Under the pieces are notes generated by a model that ran no database searches, was not told the origin of the DNA, and saw nothing but the letters and a program-made list of their open reading frames with translations. Shown here piece after piece: positions 55,758 through 64,000 of a DNA stretch of 64,000 bases (position 1 is the first letter of the stretch; each line of letters begins with the position of its first letter). Source of the DNA: an uncultured Planctomycetia bacterium (lineage in GTDB: Bacteria; Omnitrophota; Gorgyraeia; S143-82); assembly GCA_964469495.1 (NCBI GenBank), contig CAYXYY010000054.1, forward strand, positions 3,794 through 67,793. Direction: 5' to 3'. Position numbers and translations under genes: made by a program.

Positions 55758-56633
55758 CTAAAAACTCCAAGAAAGGGCGCTTATCAAATGGAGGTCGTTT
55801 TTCTTCTTATCCTGCGCCGGAGAATTATCGTATTCATCCAAGAGCGAGATTTTTACTGACAGATTATCTTTTATAGGCAAAGACAGGCTTGTTTCGGATA
55901 TCAGCCTATAATTATCCACATCTTGCACAGAGGGATAAAAAGCCAGATCCTGCGTCAATATAAAGGAATCAAAGATCTTCGCAGATAAAAACCCGCGCAT
56001 AATCACCATAACCTCTCCATCATCATTCCAGCCATAAAAGTCCGTAATCTGATATCCCAAAGACCCCTCCAACATTGCCTTAAAAGGCATTTCATCGGAA
56101 AACCAATAGCCAATACCAACAGACGGGAGCCACCTCGCCTTTACCGCGGCGAATTTGTCGTGCCAGAATTCCGCCTTTGCAAACCAATACCACATCATTT
56201 CTTCGCCGAAACTCACGCCTCTGCGCCCCATAAAACGAAACTGTTGCTGGTCCATCTTATTGTCTGAGGAAGAATAAAAAAGGGCTAGTTTAAGTTCGTC
56301 TTCTGAAAACAGTCCTTTTCTGCGCAATCTAAAATCAGAGGAAAAGGCGCGCGACTCCGTATTGCCGCGTTTCTGCTCATATCCCAAAGAAAAATCCCTC
56401 TGCAATTCATTTTGTTTCACGTTTTTTGTGTCTGCTTTCTTTTTAATAATGTCCTTAACCTGCACTTCCAATGTTCCCAAAACCGGATGCTTTATTATCC
56501 ACACGTCATTCTTTTTAATTACCTCATCGCATACAAGCCTATCTCCGTTTTTCAAAAAGACCTCTTGGGCAAACAGGCCTTTAAGACACATAAAACAAAC
56601 AATCGTTAAAAATAAAACTGTGCGGCGCATCAT
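55758..56633 (-). CDS. Outer-membrane beta-barrel protein, DUF481/YdiY-like
   Basis: It has a signal peptide and an N-terminal FLKNGDRL motif. It shows alternating-hydrophobic beta-strand patterning and a terminal aromatic residue (LSWSF). Confidence 0.55.
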   Translation of the reverse strand: MMRRTVLFLTIVCFMCLKGLFAQEVFLKNGDRLVCDEVIKKNDVWIIKHPVLGTLEVQVKDIIKKKADTKNVKQNELQRDFSLGYEQKRGNTESRAFSSDFRLRRKGLFSEDELKLALFYSSSDNKMDQQQFRFMGRRGVSFGEEMMWYWFAKAEFWHDKFAAVKARWLPSVGIGYWFSDEMPFKAMLEGSLGYQITDFYGWNDDGEVMVIMRGFLSAKIFDSFILTQDLAFYPSVQDVDNYRLISETSLSLPIKDNLSVKISLLDEYDNSPAQDKKKNDLHLISALSWSF

Positions 56634-56745
56634 TACCTCCTTGAAATTTTTCCCTCTTCTTGTGAAAAAATACTATACATTGTTTTTATTATGTGTTAAA
56701 GTGCTTTTGTTAGGCTTGAGTATTGGTTGAGTTGTATCGAAAAAA

Positions 56746-56788
56746 GAACGGCCCGCTGAAAGTACTCAGCGGGCCGTTTTCTTTTTTA
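56746..56788 (+). promoter_or_regulatory. Terminator-like GC hairpin plus U-tract in the 5' leader, 20 nt upstream of the FKBP gene (possible attenuator or sRNA 3' end)
   Basis: The hairpin is GAACGGCCCGCTGA-aagtact-CAGCGGGCCGTT followed by TTCTTTTTTAT. It sits immediately before the AAAGGGAGG RBS and ATG at 56808. Confidence 0.4.
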
Positions 56789-56807
56789 TGAGCAAAAGGG
56801 AGGTGTT

Positions 56808-57353
56808 ATGAAAAAAGCAGCTTTACTAGGCATGGCCACGATAGCCTTGGCCATGGGAATTACGTCTGTTTCCGCTATTGCGGCGGAACAAAAAAAACAA
56901 GAAAAAAAACAAGCGAAAAAGGAGGAGACACAAATGGTAAAAGAAGGATCAGTTGTATCTATTGAATACACATTGACTGACAAGAAAGACGGGACAGTCC
57001 TTGATTCCAACAAGGGCAAAGAACCTCTTACATTTACTGCAAACGGAACCCAAATTATTCCGGGGCTGGAAAAACAGATCATTGGTATGAAAAAAGGCGA
57101 AGAGAAAAAAATAGAGGTCGCAGCAAAAGACGCATACGGAGAGATTAGAGATGACCTCATTATGGACGTGCCGATTGAGAAACTTCCTCAAGGAGTCAAG
57201 GTAGGAGATATCTTGACAGCCACCGGCGCAAACGGAAGTGTTGTTCAGTGTAAAGTCAAGGAGGTGAATGAGAAGAGCGCAAAACTAGATATGAATCACC
57301 CGTTAGCGGGTAAGGACCTTGTATTTGATATCAAGGTAGTGGACGTTAAGTAA
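56808..57353 (+). CDS. FKBP-type peptidyl-prolyl cis-trans isomerase (SlyD/FkpB-like) with signal peptide
   Basis: A signal peptide and Lys-rich linker precede an FKBP domain (GSVVSIEYTLTDKKDGTVLDSN...PLTFTANGTQIIPGLEKQIIGMKKGEEKKIEV) and an IF-domain-like insert. Confidence 0.75.
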   Translation: MKKAALLGMATIALAMGITSVSAIAAEQKKQEKKQAKKEETQMVKEGSVVSIEYTLTDKKDGTVLDSNKGKEPLTFTANGTQIIPGLEKQIIGMKKGEEKKIEVAAKDAYGEIRDDLIMDVPIEKLPQGVKVGDILTATGANGSVVQCKVKEVNEKSAKLDMNHPLAGKDLVFDIKVVDVK

Positions 57354-57379
57354 AAAAGTGTAAGTAAAGGAGTCTTAAA

Positions 57380-57685
57380 ATGGGTAAGAGATTATTTGTT
57401 GGAAATTTGCCGTACGCTGTCACTGATGAAAAACTTCAGGAGATATTTGACGGCGATTGGACAATAGAAAATGCATACGTAATTATTGACAGGCACACAG
57501 GCAGGTCAAAAGGTTTTGGTTTTGTTGAGATGTCAACCGAACAAGAAGCCCAGACTGCCATAGAGAAAATGGACGGACATGAAGTTGACGGCAGAAAGAT
57601 AGTCGTTAACGAAGCAAAACCTATGAGAGAGAGAAACTCTTCTTTCAGAGGCGGCCGTTCCAGAAGTTTCGGCAATAATTATTAA
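57380..57685 (+). CDS. RNA-binding protein with RRM domain plus Gly/Arg-rich tail
   Basis: It has RNP-2 (LFVGNLPYAV) and RNP-1 (KGFGFVEM) motifs, followed by an RGG-type tail. Confidence 0.8.
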   Translation: MGKRLFVGNLPYAVTDEKLQEIFDGDWTIENAYVIIDRHTGRSKGFGFVEMSTEQEAQTAIEKMDGHEVDGRKIVVNEAKPMRERNSSFRGGRSRSFGNNY

Positions 57686-57694
57686 TCAAAAAAT

Positions 57695-57728
57695 AAAGGG
57701 CAGGTTTAAATCACCTGCCCTTTTTCTC
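57695..57728. terminator. Bidirectional rho-independent terminator between convergent RRM-protein gene and rnc
   Basis: AAAGGGCAGGT-ttaaatc-ACCTGCCCTTT is followed by a T-tract on both strands. Confidence 0.75.
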
Positions 57729-58363
57729 TAAAAAAGCCCGTCAAAACCATTCTCCAAGGCATTTTTGGCCGCATTTAGCTGGGCCTGCCTTTTGTTTTTT
57801 CCCCGGCCAATGCCCAATTCCTTGCCCTCAAAAAACACACGGCACAAAAAACCGTCCTTTTCAGCAACAATTTCATAATCAGGCAAACCATTGCTGTGCG
57901 ACTGTATAATCCTTTGCAACAACTCCTTCTCTCCGAAAAGATCGCCCGGCGACATCCTGTCTATCAGGGGCATCCATAACCTCAACACCACATCTGTCGC
58001 AACCTCTGCGCCGCCATCTAACAAAACACCGCCAACGATTGCCTCCAACGTATCACAGAGAAATTTGTTGCCTTTATTTCTGCCATGCCTTGCCACCCCT
58101 ATATCCTGCGCAATCTTATCCATTGCCTCTTTACTAACAAGATAAGAGCGAATACGCGTCAATATCCCCTCGTCAGCCACTGGCATAGAAGAAAACAAAA
58201 CAGACGTCAAAACAAACTCTATAAAACTGTCTCCCAAGAATTCCTGCCTTTGTTTGGCCAAACGATACTTCTTTTTGGCAGAGGGCATTGACAAGGCTAT
58301 ATCCAACAACTCCTTGTTCTTAAAACTATACCCCAAGTTTTTCTCTATTTTTCCCCTCTCCAT
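57728..58363 (-). CDS. rnc: Ribonuclease III
   Basis: It has the RNase III signature ERLEFLGDSFIEFV and a C-terminal dsRBD (KNKRQAQLNAAKNAL). The start was chosen at MERGKIEKNLGYSF. Confidence 0.85.
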   Translation of the reverse strand: MERGKIEKNLGYSFKNKELLDIALSMPSAKKKYRLAKQRQEFLGDSFIEFVLTSVLFSSMPVADEGILTRIRSYLVSKEAMDKIAQDIGVARHGRNKGNKFLCDTLEAIVGGVLLDGGAEVATDVVLRLWMPLIDRMSPGDLFGEKELLQRIIQSHSNGLPDYEIVAEKDGFLCRVFFEGKELGIGRGKNKRQAQLNAAKNALENGFDGLF

Positions 58364-59352
58364 AATCCCGGAATCTCCTTTCCGCAAAATTCGCACCTGC
58401 CGTCTTTTATGTGGTTTTCCTTTATCATATAACCTTCCCTGTCAATCAAGAGCTTATGGCAAAACGGACAATACGTATCCTCCTGATTATGCCCGGGCAC
58501 ATTCCCTATATACACAAACATCAACCCCTCTTCTCTTGCTATCGTTGCGCACCTCTCCAAAACAGCCACAGGCGTCGGCGGCAGGTTATTCATCTTATAC
58601 ATCGGATAAAACCTTGAAAAATGCACAGGCACATCTTTCCCCAAATTTTCAACAATCCACCTGCACATCTGCCTCACCTTATCCTCGCTATCGTTGACCC
58701 CAGGGATAATCAAACAAGTAATCTCCAGCCACGTCCCGCTTTCCTTGATAATCTTCAAAGAATTAAGCACAGGCTCTATGCTAGCCATCAGCCCTATCTT
58801 GTTGTAAAACTCTTCGGAAAACCCCTTCAAATCTATATTCGCCGCATCAATATACGGAAGCAGCTCCTTTAAAGGCTCAGGATTAATATACCCGCAGGAA
58901 TGCATTCCCGTCATAAGGCCGTTTTGCTTTGCCAAACGTGCGCTCTGCAACATATACTCGTAAAATACCGTCGGCTCAGAATACGTATATACCACCCAAT
59001 TGATGTGATACTGCTTGGCAAGCTCAACTATCTGACTTGGAGAAAGATGAAAAGAAGGCCCTTCGTCAGGCCCTATCTGAGATATCTGCCAGTTTTGACA
59101 GAACAAGCACCGCATATTACATCCGGCCAAGGCAATAGACAATGCCCTTGCCCCGGGCCAGACATGAAAAAACGGCTTCTTTTCTATCGGGTCGTTATGC
59201 ACGGCAACAGGATTGTTCCAGTTTAGCGTCCAAAGGCGGCCGTTTACATTCTCCCTTGTGCGGCAAATGCCTCTTTTGCCTTTCGGGATAAGGCACTTTC
59301 TCGGGCATAAAAGACAGCGGACAGCATTATCCCTTTCCGCTTTCCAAAACAT
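58345..59352 (-). CDS. Radical SAM enzyme of the AmmeMemoRadiSam / PFL-activase-like type
   Basis: It has an N-terminal Cys cluster (VRCLLCPRKCLIPKGKRGIC), a radical-SAM CNMRCLFCQNW motif and a C-terminal CPFCH...CEFCGKEI cluster. The longer ORF to 59439 would add a signal-peptide-like N-terminus. Confidence 0.65.
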   Translation of the reverse strand: MFWKAERDNAVRCLLCPRKCLIPKGKRGICRTRENVNGRLWTLNWNNPVAVHNDPIEKKPFFHVWPGARALSIALAGCNMRCLFCQNWQISQIGPDEGPSFHLSPSQIVELAKQYHINWVVYTYSEPTVFYEYMLQSARLAKQNGLMTGMHSCGYINPEPLKELLPYIDAANIDLKGFSEEFYNKIGLMASIEPVLNSLKIIKESGTWLEITCLIIPGVNDSEDKVRQMCRWIVENLGKDVPVHFSRFYPMYKMNNLPPTPVAVLERCATIAREEGLMFVYIGNVPGHNQEDTYCPFCHKLLIDREGYMIKENHIKDGRCEFCGKEIPGLWRGEK

Positions 59353-59429
59353 AGCTTCTTTCTTCTCTGCAAAAGAAAACGGAGAAAAGGCCAACAACCC
59401 AACGAACACACACAAAAACCACTTTATAT

Positions 59430-60944
59430 TCACGCCCATAACGCCTTTCTGTAATTCAATGCCTCCAAGATATGCTCTTCCTCTATATCTTTGCTTCCAT
59501 CCAAATCTGCAATAGTCCTGCTGACCTTCAGGACCTTGTGATACGCCCTGCCGGACAAGCCCATAGATTCTATTGCGCCTGACAATACCCTTTGAGCAGA
59601 TTCACTGCACCTGCAATACTCCTCTATCTGTGAAGAATTCATCTGCCCGTTATAAACAATATTCTCGTTTCTAAACCGCTTCTTCTGTATGGCAACCGCT
59701 TTTAAAACCCGTTTTCTTATCTGCGCTGATGACTCTTCCTGCGATGCCTTTTGCAGCTCTGACGGATCTAATTCAGCGACATCTATATGGATATCTATCC
59801 TGTCTAACAACGGCCCTGACACCTTTCTGGTATAGCGATATATCTGATTTGCGCTGCACCTGCACATATGCCTCTTGCTGGAAAAATACCCGCACGGACA
59901 GGGGTTCATTGCGCAAATAAGGATAAAGTCTGCCGGGAACTTCACGCTCTTTGCGCCTGCCCTTGCGATATTTATCTTTCCCTCTTCCAAAGGTTCCCTC
60001 AGGCTCTCCAACACATCCCTTCTAAACTCCGGAAGCTCATCCAAAAACAAAACACCCTTATGAGCCAAACTGATCTCACCGGGCATAGGTGGATTCCCGC
60101 CTCCGATAATCGCAGCCGCGCTGCTGGTATGATGAGGAAAGCGAAAAGGCGGCCTGACAATCAGGCCCTCGTCCATATGCCCTGCCAAACTATATATCTT
60201 AGTGGCCTCTATTGCCTCGTGCATCTGCAAAGGAGGCAAAATAGACGGCAGCCTTTTTGCAAGCATACTCTTTCCTGCTCCGGGAGGGCCTATCATTATG
60301 GCATTATGCCTGCCTGCCGCCGCTATCTCAAGCGCGCGCTTTGCAAGGCGCTGGCCTTTTACCTGCGCAAAATCATATTCAAAATCGCAACGCTGTTTCA
60401 TCGCCTCTTCTAAATCCGCCTTGGCAGGAGAAAGTTCCAACTCGCCGTTCAAAAAATAAACCGCTTCTGTCAAATCCTCTATGCCAAAAACATTCACGTC
60501 CTCAATCAACGCTGCTTCCAATGCGTTTTGTTTCGGGCAAATCAAATTAGCGCCTTTAGGCAATGCCGAAGCAATGGCCAACATTCCCCTGACAGGCGCG
60601 CACTTCCCGTCTAAAGACAACTCACCCACAATAAAAAACCTGCTCAATGCGTTTTCCTTTACAACACCAATCCTCTCAAGCAGGCCCAACGCAATTGGCA
60701 AATCAAAATACGACCCCTCCTTCTTCGTATCTGCAGGCACCAAATTTACAGTTATCCTAGAAGAAGGAAAATCTATATGAGAATTCTTGATAGCCGAACG
60801 AATGCGCTCCCGGCTTTCTCGCACAGATGCATCCGGCAGGCCGACGATAACAGTATTGGGAAGCCCTGAAGAGACATCCACTTCAACCGATACAATCCCC
60901 GGCTCTATCCCTGAAATCCCACAGCTCTTTACCTTGCTGACCAT
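59430..60944 (-). CDS. comM: Mg-chelatase-like AAA+ ATPase, YifB/ComM family
   Basis: It has an N-terminal Lon-like domain (GLPNTVIVGLPDASVRESRERI), Walker A (IGPPGAGKSM), Walker B and sensor motifs. Confidence 0.85.
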   Translation of the reverse strand: MVSKVKSCGISGIEPGIVSVEVDVSSGLPNTVIVGLPDASVRESRERIRSAIKNSHIDFPSSRITVNLVPADTKKEGSYFDLPIALGLLERIGVVKENALSRFFIVGELSLDGKCAPVRGMLAIASALPKGANLICPKQNALEAALIEDVNVFGIEDLTEAVYFLNGELELSPAKADLEEAMKQRCDFEYDFAQVKGQRLAKRALEIAAAGRHNAIMIGPPGAGKSMLAKRLPSILPPLQMHEAIEATKIYSLAGHMDEGLIVRPPFRFPHHTSSAAAIIGGGNPPMPGEISLAHKGVLFLDELPEFRRDVLESLREPLEEGKINIARAGAKSVKFPADFILICAMNPCPCGYFSSKRHMCRCSANQIYRYTRKVSGPLLDRIDIHIDVAELDPSELQKASQEESSAQIRKRVLKAVAIQKKRFRNENIVYNGQMNSSQIEEYCRCSESAQRVLSGAIESMGLSGRAYHKVLKVSRTIADLDGSKDIEEEHILEALNYRKALWA

Positions 60945-60953
60945 AAACCCCGC

Positions 60954-62264
60954 CTACAACTTAATCTGCCGCCTATACTTATTCACCGTGCGCCTTGAAA
61001 TCTCTATACCCATCTCCTTAAGCCTCTTGGCAATCGCGTTATCAGAAGGGCGCCTGCCTGTGGAGTTCAACAAAATCTCCTTAATTAACGCCTTTGTCGT
61101 CTCCGGGCCTGTCTCGGATTTATGCGACAATGGATTGGAAAAGAAATCCTTTATCCTCACTATACCCCATGGCAACTGCACATACTTTCTGTTAGACAAC
61201 CTGCTAACCGTTGATTCGCTCACATCCAGATACCGCGCAGCCTCCTTTAAAGTCAACGGCAAAAGACGGCTGTACCCTTCCTCAACAAAACCCCTCTGCT
61301 TCTCCGCCAAAAACCTGACCAAAGAAACCAGCCTCTTTTGCCTCTCCTCTATCGCAGAAAGCAGGGCCTTGGCCCTGTTAATATGTTCTGCGACAAATTC
61401 CTCGGCCTTCTTATCCCTGCTCTTTTTGGCAAGCTCAAGATACGCCTTATTAATCCTCAGCTTCGGAATAAATCTCGTATTCTCCAACACAAACAACTGC
61501 CCGTTTTCAACCCTAACCTCAACCTCAGGAAAGACATACTCATTTACGCTCTCATCCTCTATAACCGTAGGTTGAAACTCCTTCAGCCTAGACAACTGCT
61601 CAACCACATCCTGCCTGCTGATATTCAAGGCCTTGGCAATCTTGCCGTATCTCTTGTTTATCGCGTCGGGCAAAAAATCCTTCACAATAGAAAACAAAAC
61701 AGACCGTCCTTCCTCCCGCTCTATCCGCAACAAAATAGCCTCTCTAACATCCCTTGCGCAAAGCCCTGCCGGGCCGGCATCCTGAATAGCCTTCAACAAG
61801 ATTTGCGCCCTTTCTATCCCCGTATTAAACACCGCAGCCGCATCCAAAAAAGAAACAGTCAACAGCCCCGTGGAATCAACATTATTGATAAGATACTCGC
61901 AAAACTCCCTTTCCTGAGAACTAACAATAACCGCGCTCAACTTAGAAAGCAGCTCCGCCCTCCAATTATGCGGGGCCTTAATCTGAACCAAAAGATTTTC
62001 CCCTGCGCCCTGCCTGCGTGGAAGATCCTCTTCTATAGACGGAAAAAACACGTCCTCATCTTGGCCTGTATTATCAAAAACCTCGGATTCCTCAAACTGA
62101 AAAAGCCCTTCCGCCTCCAAAACAGGATTAAGCTCCAGCTCATCCATCACCTTAGCCTGAAGATCAATCAAAGGCAGTTGAATAATTCCCAAAAACTGCA
62201 GGAGATACGGACTTAACCGCATTTCCTGACGAAGACTCTGATAAGCAGACTGTTTATACCCCAT
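60954..62264 (-). CDS. rpoN: RNA polymerase sigma-54 factor
   Basis: It has a Leu/Gln-rich region I, a core-binding domain, and a C-terminal RpoN box (ISRRTVNKYRRQI) with HTH. Confidence 0.85.
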   Translation of the reverse strand: MGYKQSAYQSLRQEMRLSPYLLQFLGIIQLPLIDLQAKVMDELELNPVLEAEGLFQFEESEVFDNTGQDEDVFFPSIEEDLPRRQGAGENLLVQIKAPHNWRAELLSKLSAVIVSSQEREFCEYLINNVDSTGLLTVSFLDAAAVFNTGIERAQILLKAIQDAGPAGLCARDVREAILLRIEREEGRSVLFSIVKDFLPDAINKRYGKIAKALNISRQDVVEQLSRLKEFQPTVIEDESVNEYVFPEVEVRVENGQLFVLENTRFIPKLRINKAYLELAKKSRDKKAEEFVAEHINRAKALLSAIEERQKRLVSLVRFLAEKQRGFVEEGYSRLLPLTLKEAARYLDVSESTVSRLSNRKYVQLPWGIVRIKDFFSNPLSHKSETGPETTKALIKEILLNSTGRRPSDNAIAKRLKEMGIEISRRTVNKYRRQIKL

Positions 62265-62273
62265 AGCAACCTT

Positions 62274-63053
62274 TTATAAAATCGACGACAACAATGCCAT
62301 GCCATATTCAGACGAAGGCGACCTGAAAAACTCATTGGCAGGACCGCTTTCCACGACCTTGCCGTTTTTCAACAACAATATATTATCTGCCATAATCTCT
62401 GCCAATGCAAGGTCATGAGAGATAAACATCATAGAAAACCCATATTTTTTCTTCAGATTCATAATCAAAGAAACAATCATCCTTTCCGTATCCTTATCCA
62501 AGGCTGAAGTCGGCTCATCCAATATCAGCACCTTTGGACTAAGCATAATCGCCCTTGCAATACATACCCTCTGCAATTGCCCTCCGCTCAATTCTGCGGG
62601 AAACTTCTCCAACGCAACATCCTCCAACCCGACATCCTTCAAAGCCAGCCTTGCCCGTGATAACTTCTCGTCCTTTTTCAGATTAGGAAAATGCACGTCC
62701 AACGCCTCATAAAAATATTCCCTGATAGTATACAACGGGTCAACGGCCTCTGTTGGATTTTGAAACACCAACTGCACAGCCCTGCGAAAACGCCTTAAAA
62801 ACCCCTTATCATGAGAACCATAGACATCTGCACCGTCAAACAGGACATTGCCCTTTTGGGGCAAAAGCAAACCGGCCATCACCATACCGAGAGTCGTCTT
62901 GCCCGAACCGGACTCCCCGATAACAGCGACAGAAACGCCTTCCTGCAGGCAAACAGACACATCTGAAAGGGCAACCACCCTTTTTCTCCCAGCAACAGAC
63001 GTCAAATCAAAAACAACCTCTATAGAACGCGCGCACAGCAGGCCCTCATCCAT
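62274..63053 (-). CDS. ABC transporter ATP-binding protein, oligopeptide/nickel (DppF/OppF/NikE) type, orphan
   Basis: It has Walker A (GESGSGKTT), the family-specific VFQNPTEAVDP motif, the signature LSGGQLQRVCIARA and Walker B (LILDEPTSALD). The start is uncertain (63095 or 63053). Confidence 0.7.
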   Translation of the reverse strand: MDEGLLCARSIEVVFDLTSVAGRKRVVALSDVSVCLQEGVSVAVIGESGSGKTTLGMVMAGLLLPQKGNVLFDGADVYGSHDKGFLRRFRRAVQLVFQNPTEAVDPLYTIREYFYEALDVHFPNLKKDEKLSRARLALKDVGLEDVALEKFPAELSGGQLQRVCIARAIMLSPKVLILDEPTSALDKDTERMIVSLIMNLKKKYGFSMMFISHDLALAEIMADNILLLKNGKVVESGPANEFFRSPSSEYGMALLSSIL

Positions 63054-64000
63054 CAACAACACCTCCTGCAAACATCCCTGCAAAACGTCCGGCATTAACT
63101 CCCATACAAATAGCCGCCTCTATATTATACCCCCCTGTAGGCCCGTCTATATCCAAAATTTCGCCCGCAAAAAACAAACCCGGCACCTTCTTTGACATAA
63201 GAGTCTTTGCATAAACCTCGTTCAATACAACCCCACCCCTAGTTGCCATTGCATAATCAAAAGGCAAACTCCCAATCACAGTAAGGGGCAAAGACTTGGC
63301 CACGCCAGCCATTACCTTCAGATTAGCCGAAGCAGACTTCTCAACATACCTTGCAAGATTCTTTGGCAAAAACCGCTTCAACCTATTGGCTGGCCGTTTA
63401 GAACCTTCCTGCGACATACCAGAAAACAATTCATCCTCGCCCAAGTCAGGCAAAAGATCCAGATATATAGTTCTGATATTCTTCTCCAACACATCTGCGC
63501 AGATATTATGAATAACAGGCCCTGATATACCGAAATGAGTAAAAATAACCGCGCCCCTTGCGCGCTTTTTGCCGTAGCGCACAACAACATCCTTCAAAGT
63601 TATACCCTTCAACAGAGAAGTATCCTGCGCGCATTTCAAAGCGGAAAGCGCAGGCACAAGCCTCGTGATAGAATGCCCTGACCTAATTGCCAAACGATAA
63701 CCATTGCCATCCGAACCCGTATTACTATACGTCGCCCCGCCCGTTGCCAAAACAACGGCCTTAGAATCAAACCGCCCCTGACTCGTCTGCAAGACGAACC
63801 CGCCGGAACCTGACAAAGATATGTCCCGAACAAAAGCGTCCGTAAAAACCGAAACACCCTTGCGCAACAACTCATTATTCAAAACAGAAACAACGTCCCC
63901 TGCCCTTTCACTAACAGGGAAAACCCTTTCGCCCTCTTCTTTCAAAGGCAGGCCCCTTTCAGAGAAAAAGGCCTCAATCTTGGCAAACGGCATAACGTAA
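63046..64000 (-). CDS. HI0933/BaiN-family FAD-dependent oxidoreductase (aminoacetone-oxidase-like), partial; N-terminus lies beyond the window end
   Basis: The C-terminal flavoprotein motifs (PGLFFAGEILDIDGPTGGYNIEAA) are present. The N-terminal GxGxxG region is missing. The reading frame stays open to position 64000. Confidence 0.7.
   Translation of the reverse strand, partial: YVMPFAKIEAFFSERGLPLKEEGERVFPVSERAGDVVSVLNNELLRKGVSVFTDAFVRDISLSGSGGFVLQTSQGRFDSKAVVLATGGATYSNTGSDGNGYRLAIRSGHSITRLVPALSALKCAQDTSLLKGITLKDVVVRYGKKRARGAVIFTHFGISGPVIHNICADVLEKNIRTIYLDLLPDLGEDELFSGMSQEGSKRPANRLKRFLPKNLARYVEKSASANLKVMAGVAKSLPLTVIGSLPFDYAMATRGGVVLNEVYAKTLMSKKVPGLFFAGEILDIDGPTGGYNIEAAICMGVNAGRFAGMFAGGVVDG

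Noticed and set aside
58345-59439. A radical SAM enzyme with a genuine signal peptide (secreted or periplasmic)
   Set aside because: An oxygen-sensitive Fe-S radical enzyme exported across the membrane is implausible. An internal ATG with a purine-rich RBS gives a canonical N-terminus, so the extension is most likely not translated.
62274-63095. Calling the ABC ATPase immediately upstream of rpoN LptB, from the conserved lptB-rpoN synteny
   Set aside because: The sequence carries the VFQNPTEAVDP and LSGGQLQRVCIARA motifs characteristic of the DppF/OppF/NikE peptide/nickel subfamily, not LptB.
1-64000. Mobile elements, integrases, toxin-antitoxin pairs or defence islands
   Set aside because: No transposase, integrase or recombinase motifs were seen. 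No abrupt compositional shifts or repeats flanking a gene block were seen. Hypothetical genes are scattered singly, not clustered.

Overview
This 64 kb window is a densely packed chromosomal segment from a Gram-negative (diderm) bacterium, with roughly 43-45% GC by eye. The lineage is probably an anaerobic or uncultivated one, judging from archaeal-type content: apgM-family mutases, an EndoQ-like PHP nuclease and NifX/MinD-ferredoxin/DUF5320 genes. About 56 of 58 genes lie on the minus strand. Short overlaps between neighbouring genes are common. I see no transposase, integrase or CRISPR array.

Housekeeping genes I can support from motifs include lptF/lptG-family permeases, kdsC, a GT9 heptosyltransferase, tatD, metG, an SNF-family transporter, rnhA, feoAB, trpC, purH, apt, miaA, folP, ftsH, tilS, a uvrD/pcrA-type helicase, cstA, rnc, comM/yifB and rpoN. 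Two RNA genes are present: a bacterial type-A RNase P RNA (rnpB) between apgM and rnhA, and a tRNA with a CAT anticodon immediately upstream of tilS.

The accessory and more interesting content is as follows:
1. A Fur-box-controlled operon: fur, a DUF5320 glycine-rich protein, a NifX/NifB-C-like protein, two MinD/ParA-type ATPases carrying 2x[4Fe-4S] ferredoxin inserts, and an endonuclease-Q-like PHP/zinc-finger protein.
2. A flagellar basal-body block (flgB-flgC-fliE-fliF-fliG). It sits directly downstream of a soluble FlgS-like histidine kinase and a FlgR-like sigma-54 activator that lacks a DNA-binding domain, with a sigma-54 promoter in front of flgB. Upstream of these sits an unusual 1197-aa protein with a duplicated N-terminal module, acidic repeats, one transmembrane segment and a long TPR array, overlapped at its start by a MerR-family gene.
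3. An FlgM-like anti-sigma factor behind a near-consensus sigma-28 promoter.
4. Two tandem full-length PilB/GspE ATPases preceded by a stand-alone MshEN-type (c-di-GMP-binding) domain protein, plus a third, core-only GspE-like ATPase at the window start next to a BatA-like vWA protein.
5. A PEP-CTERM/lamin-tail-domain protein with a sugar transferase and a TPR lipoprotein, but no recognisable exosortase.

All calls are from reading the sequence and the ORF translations. No database search was run.
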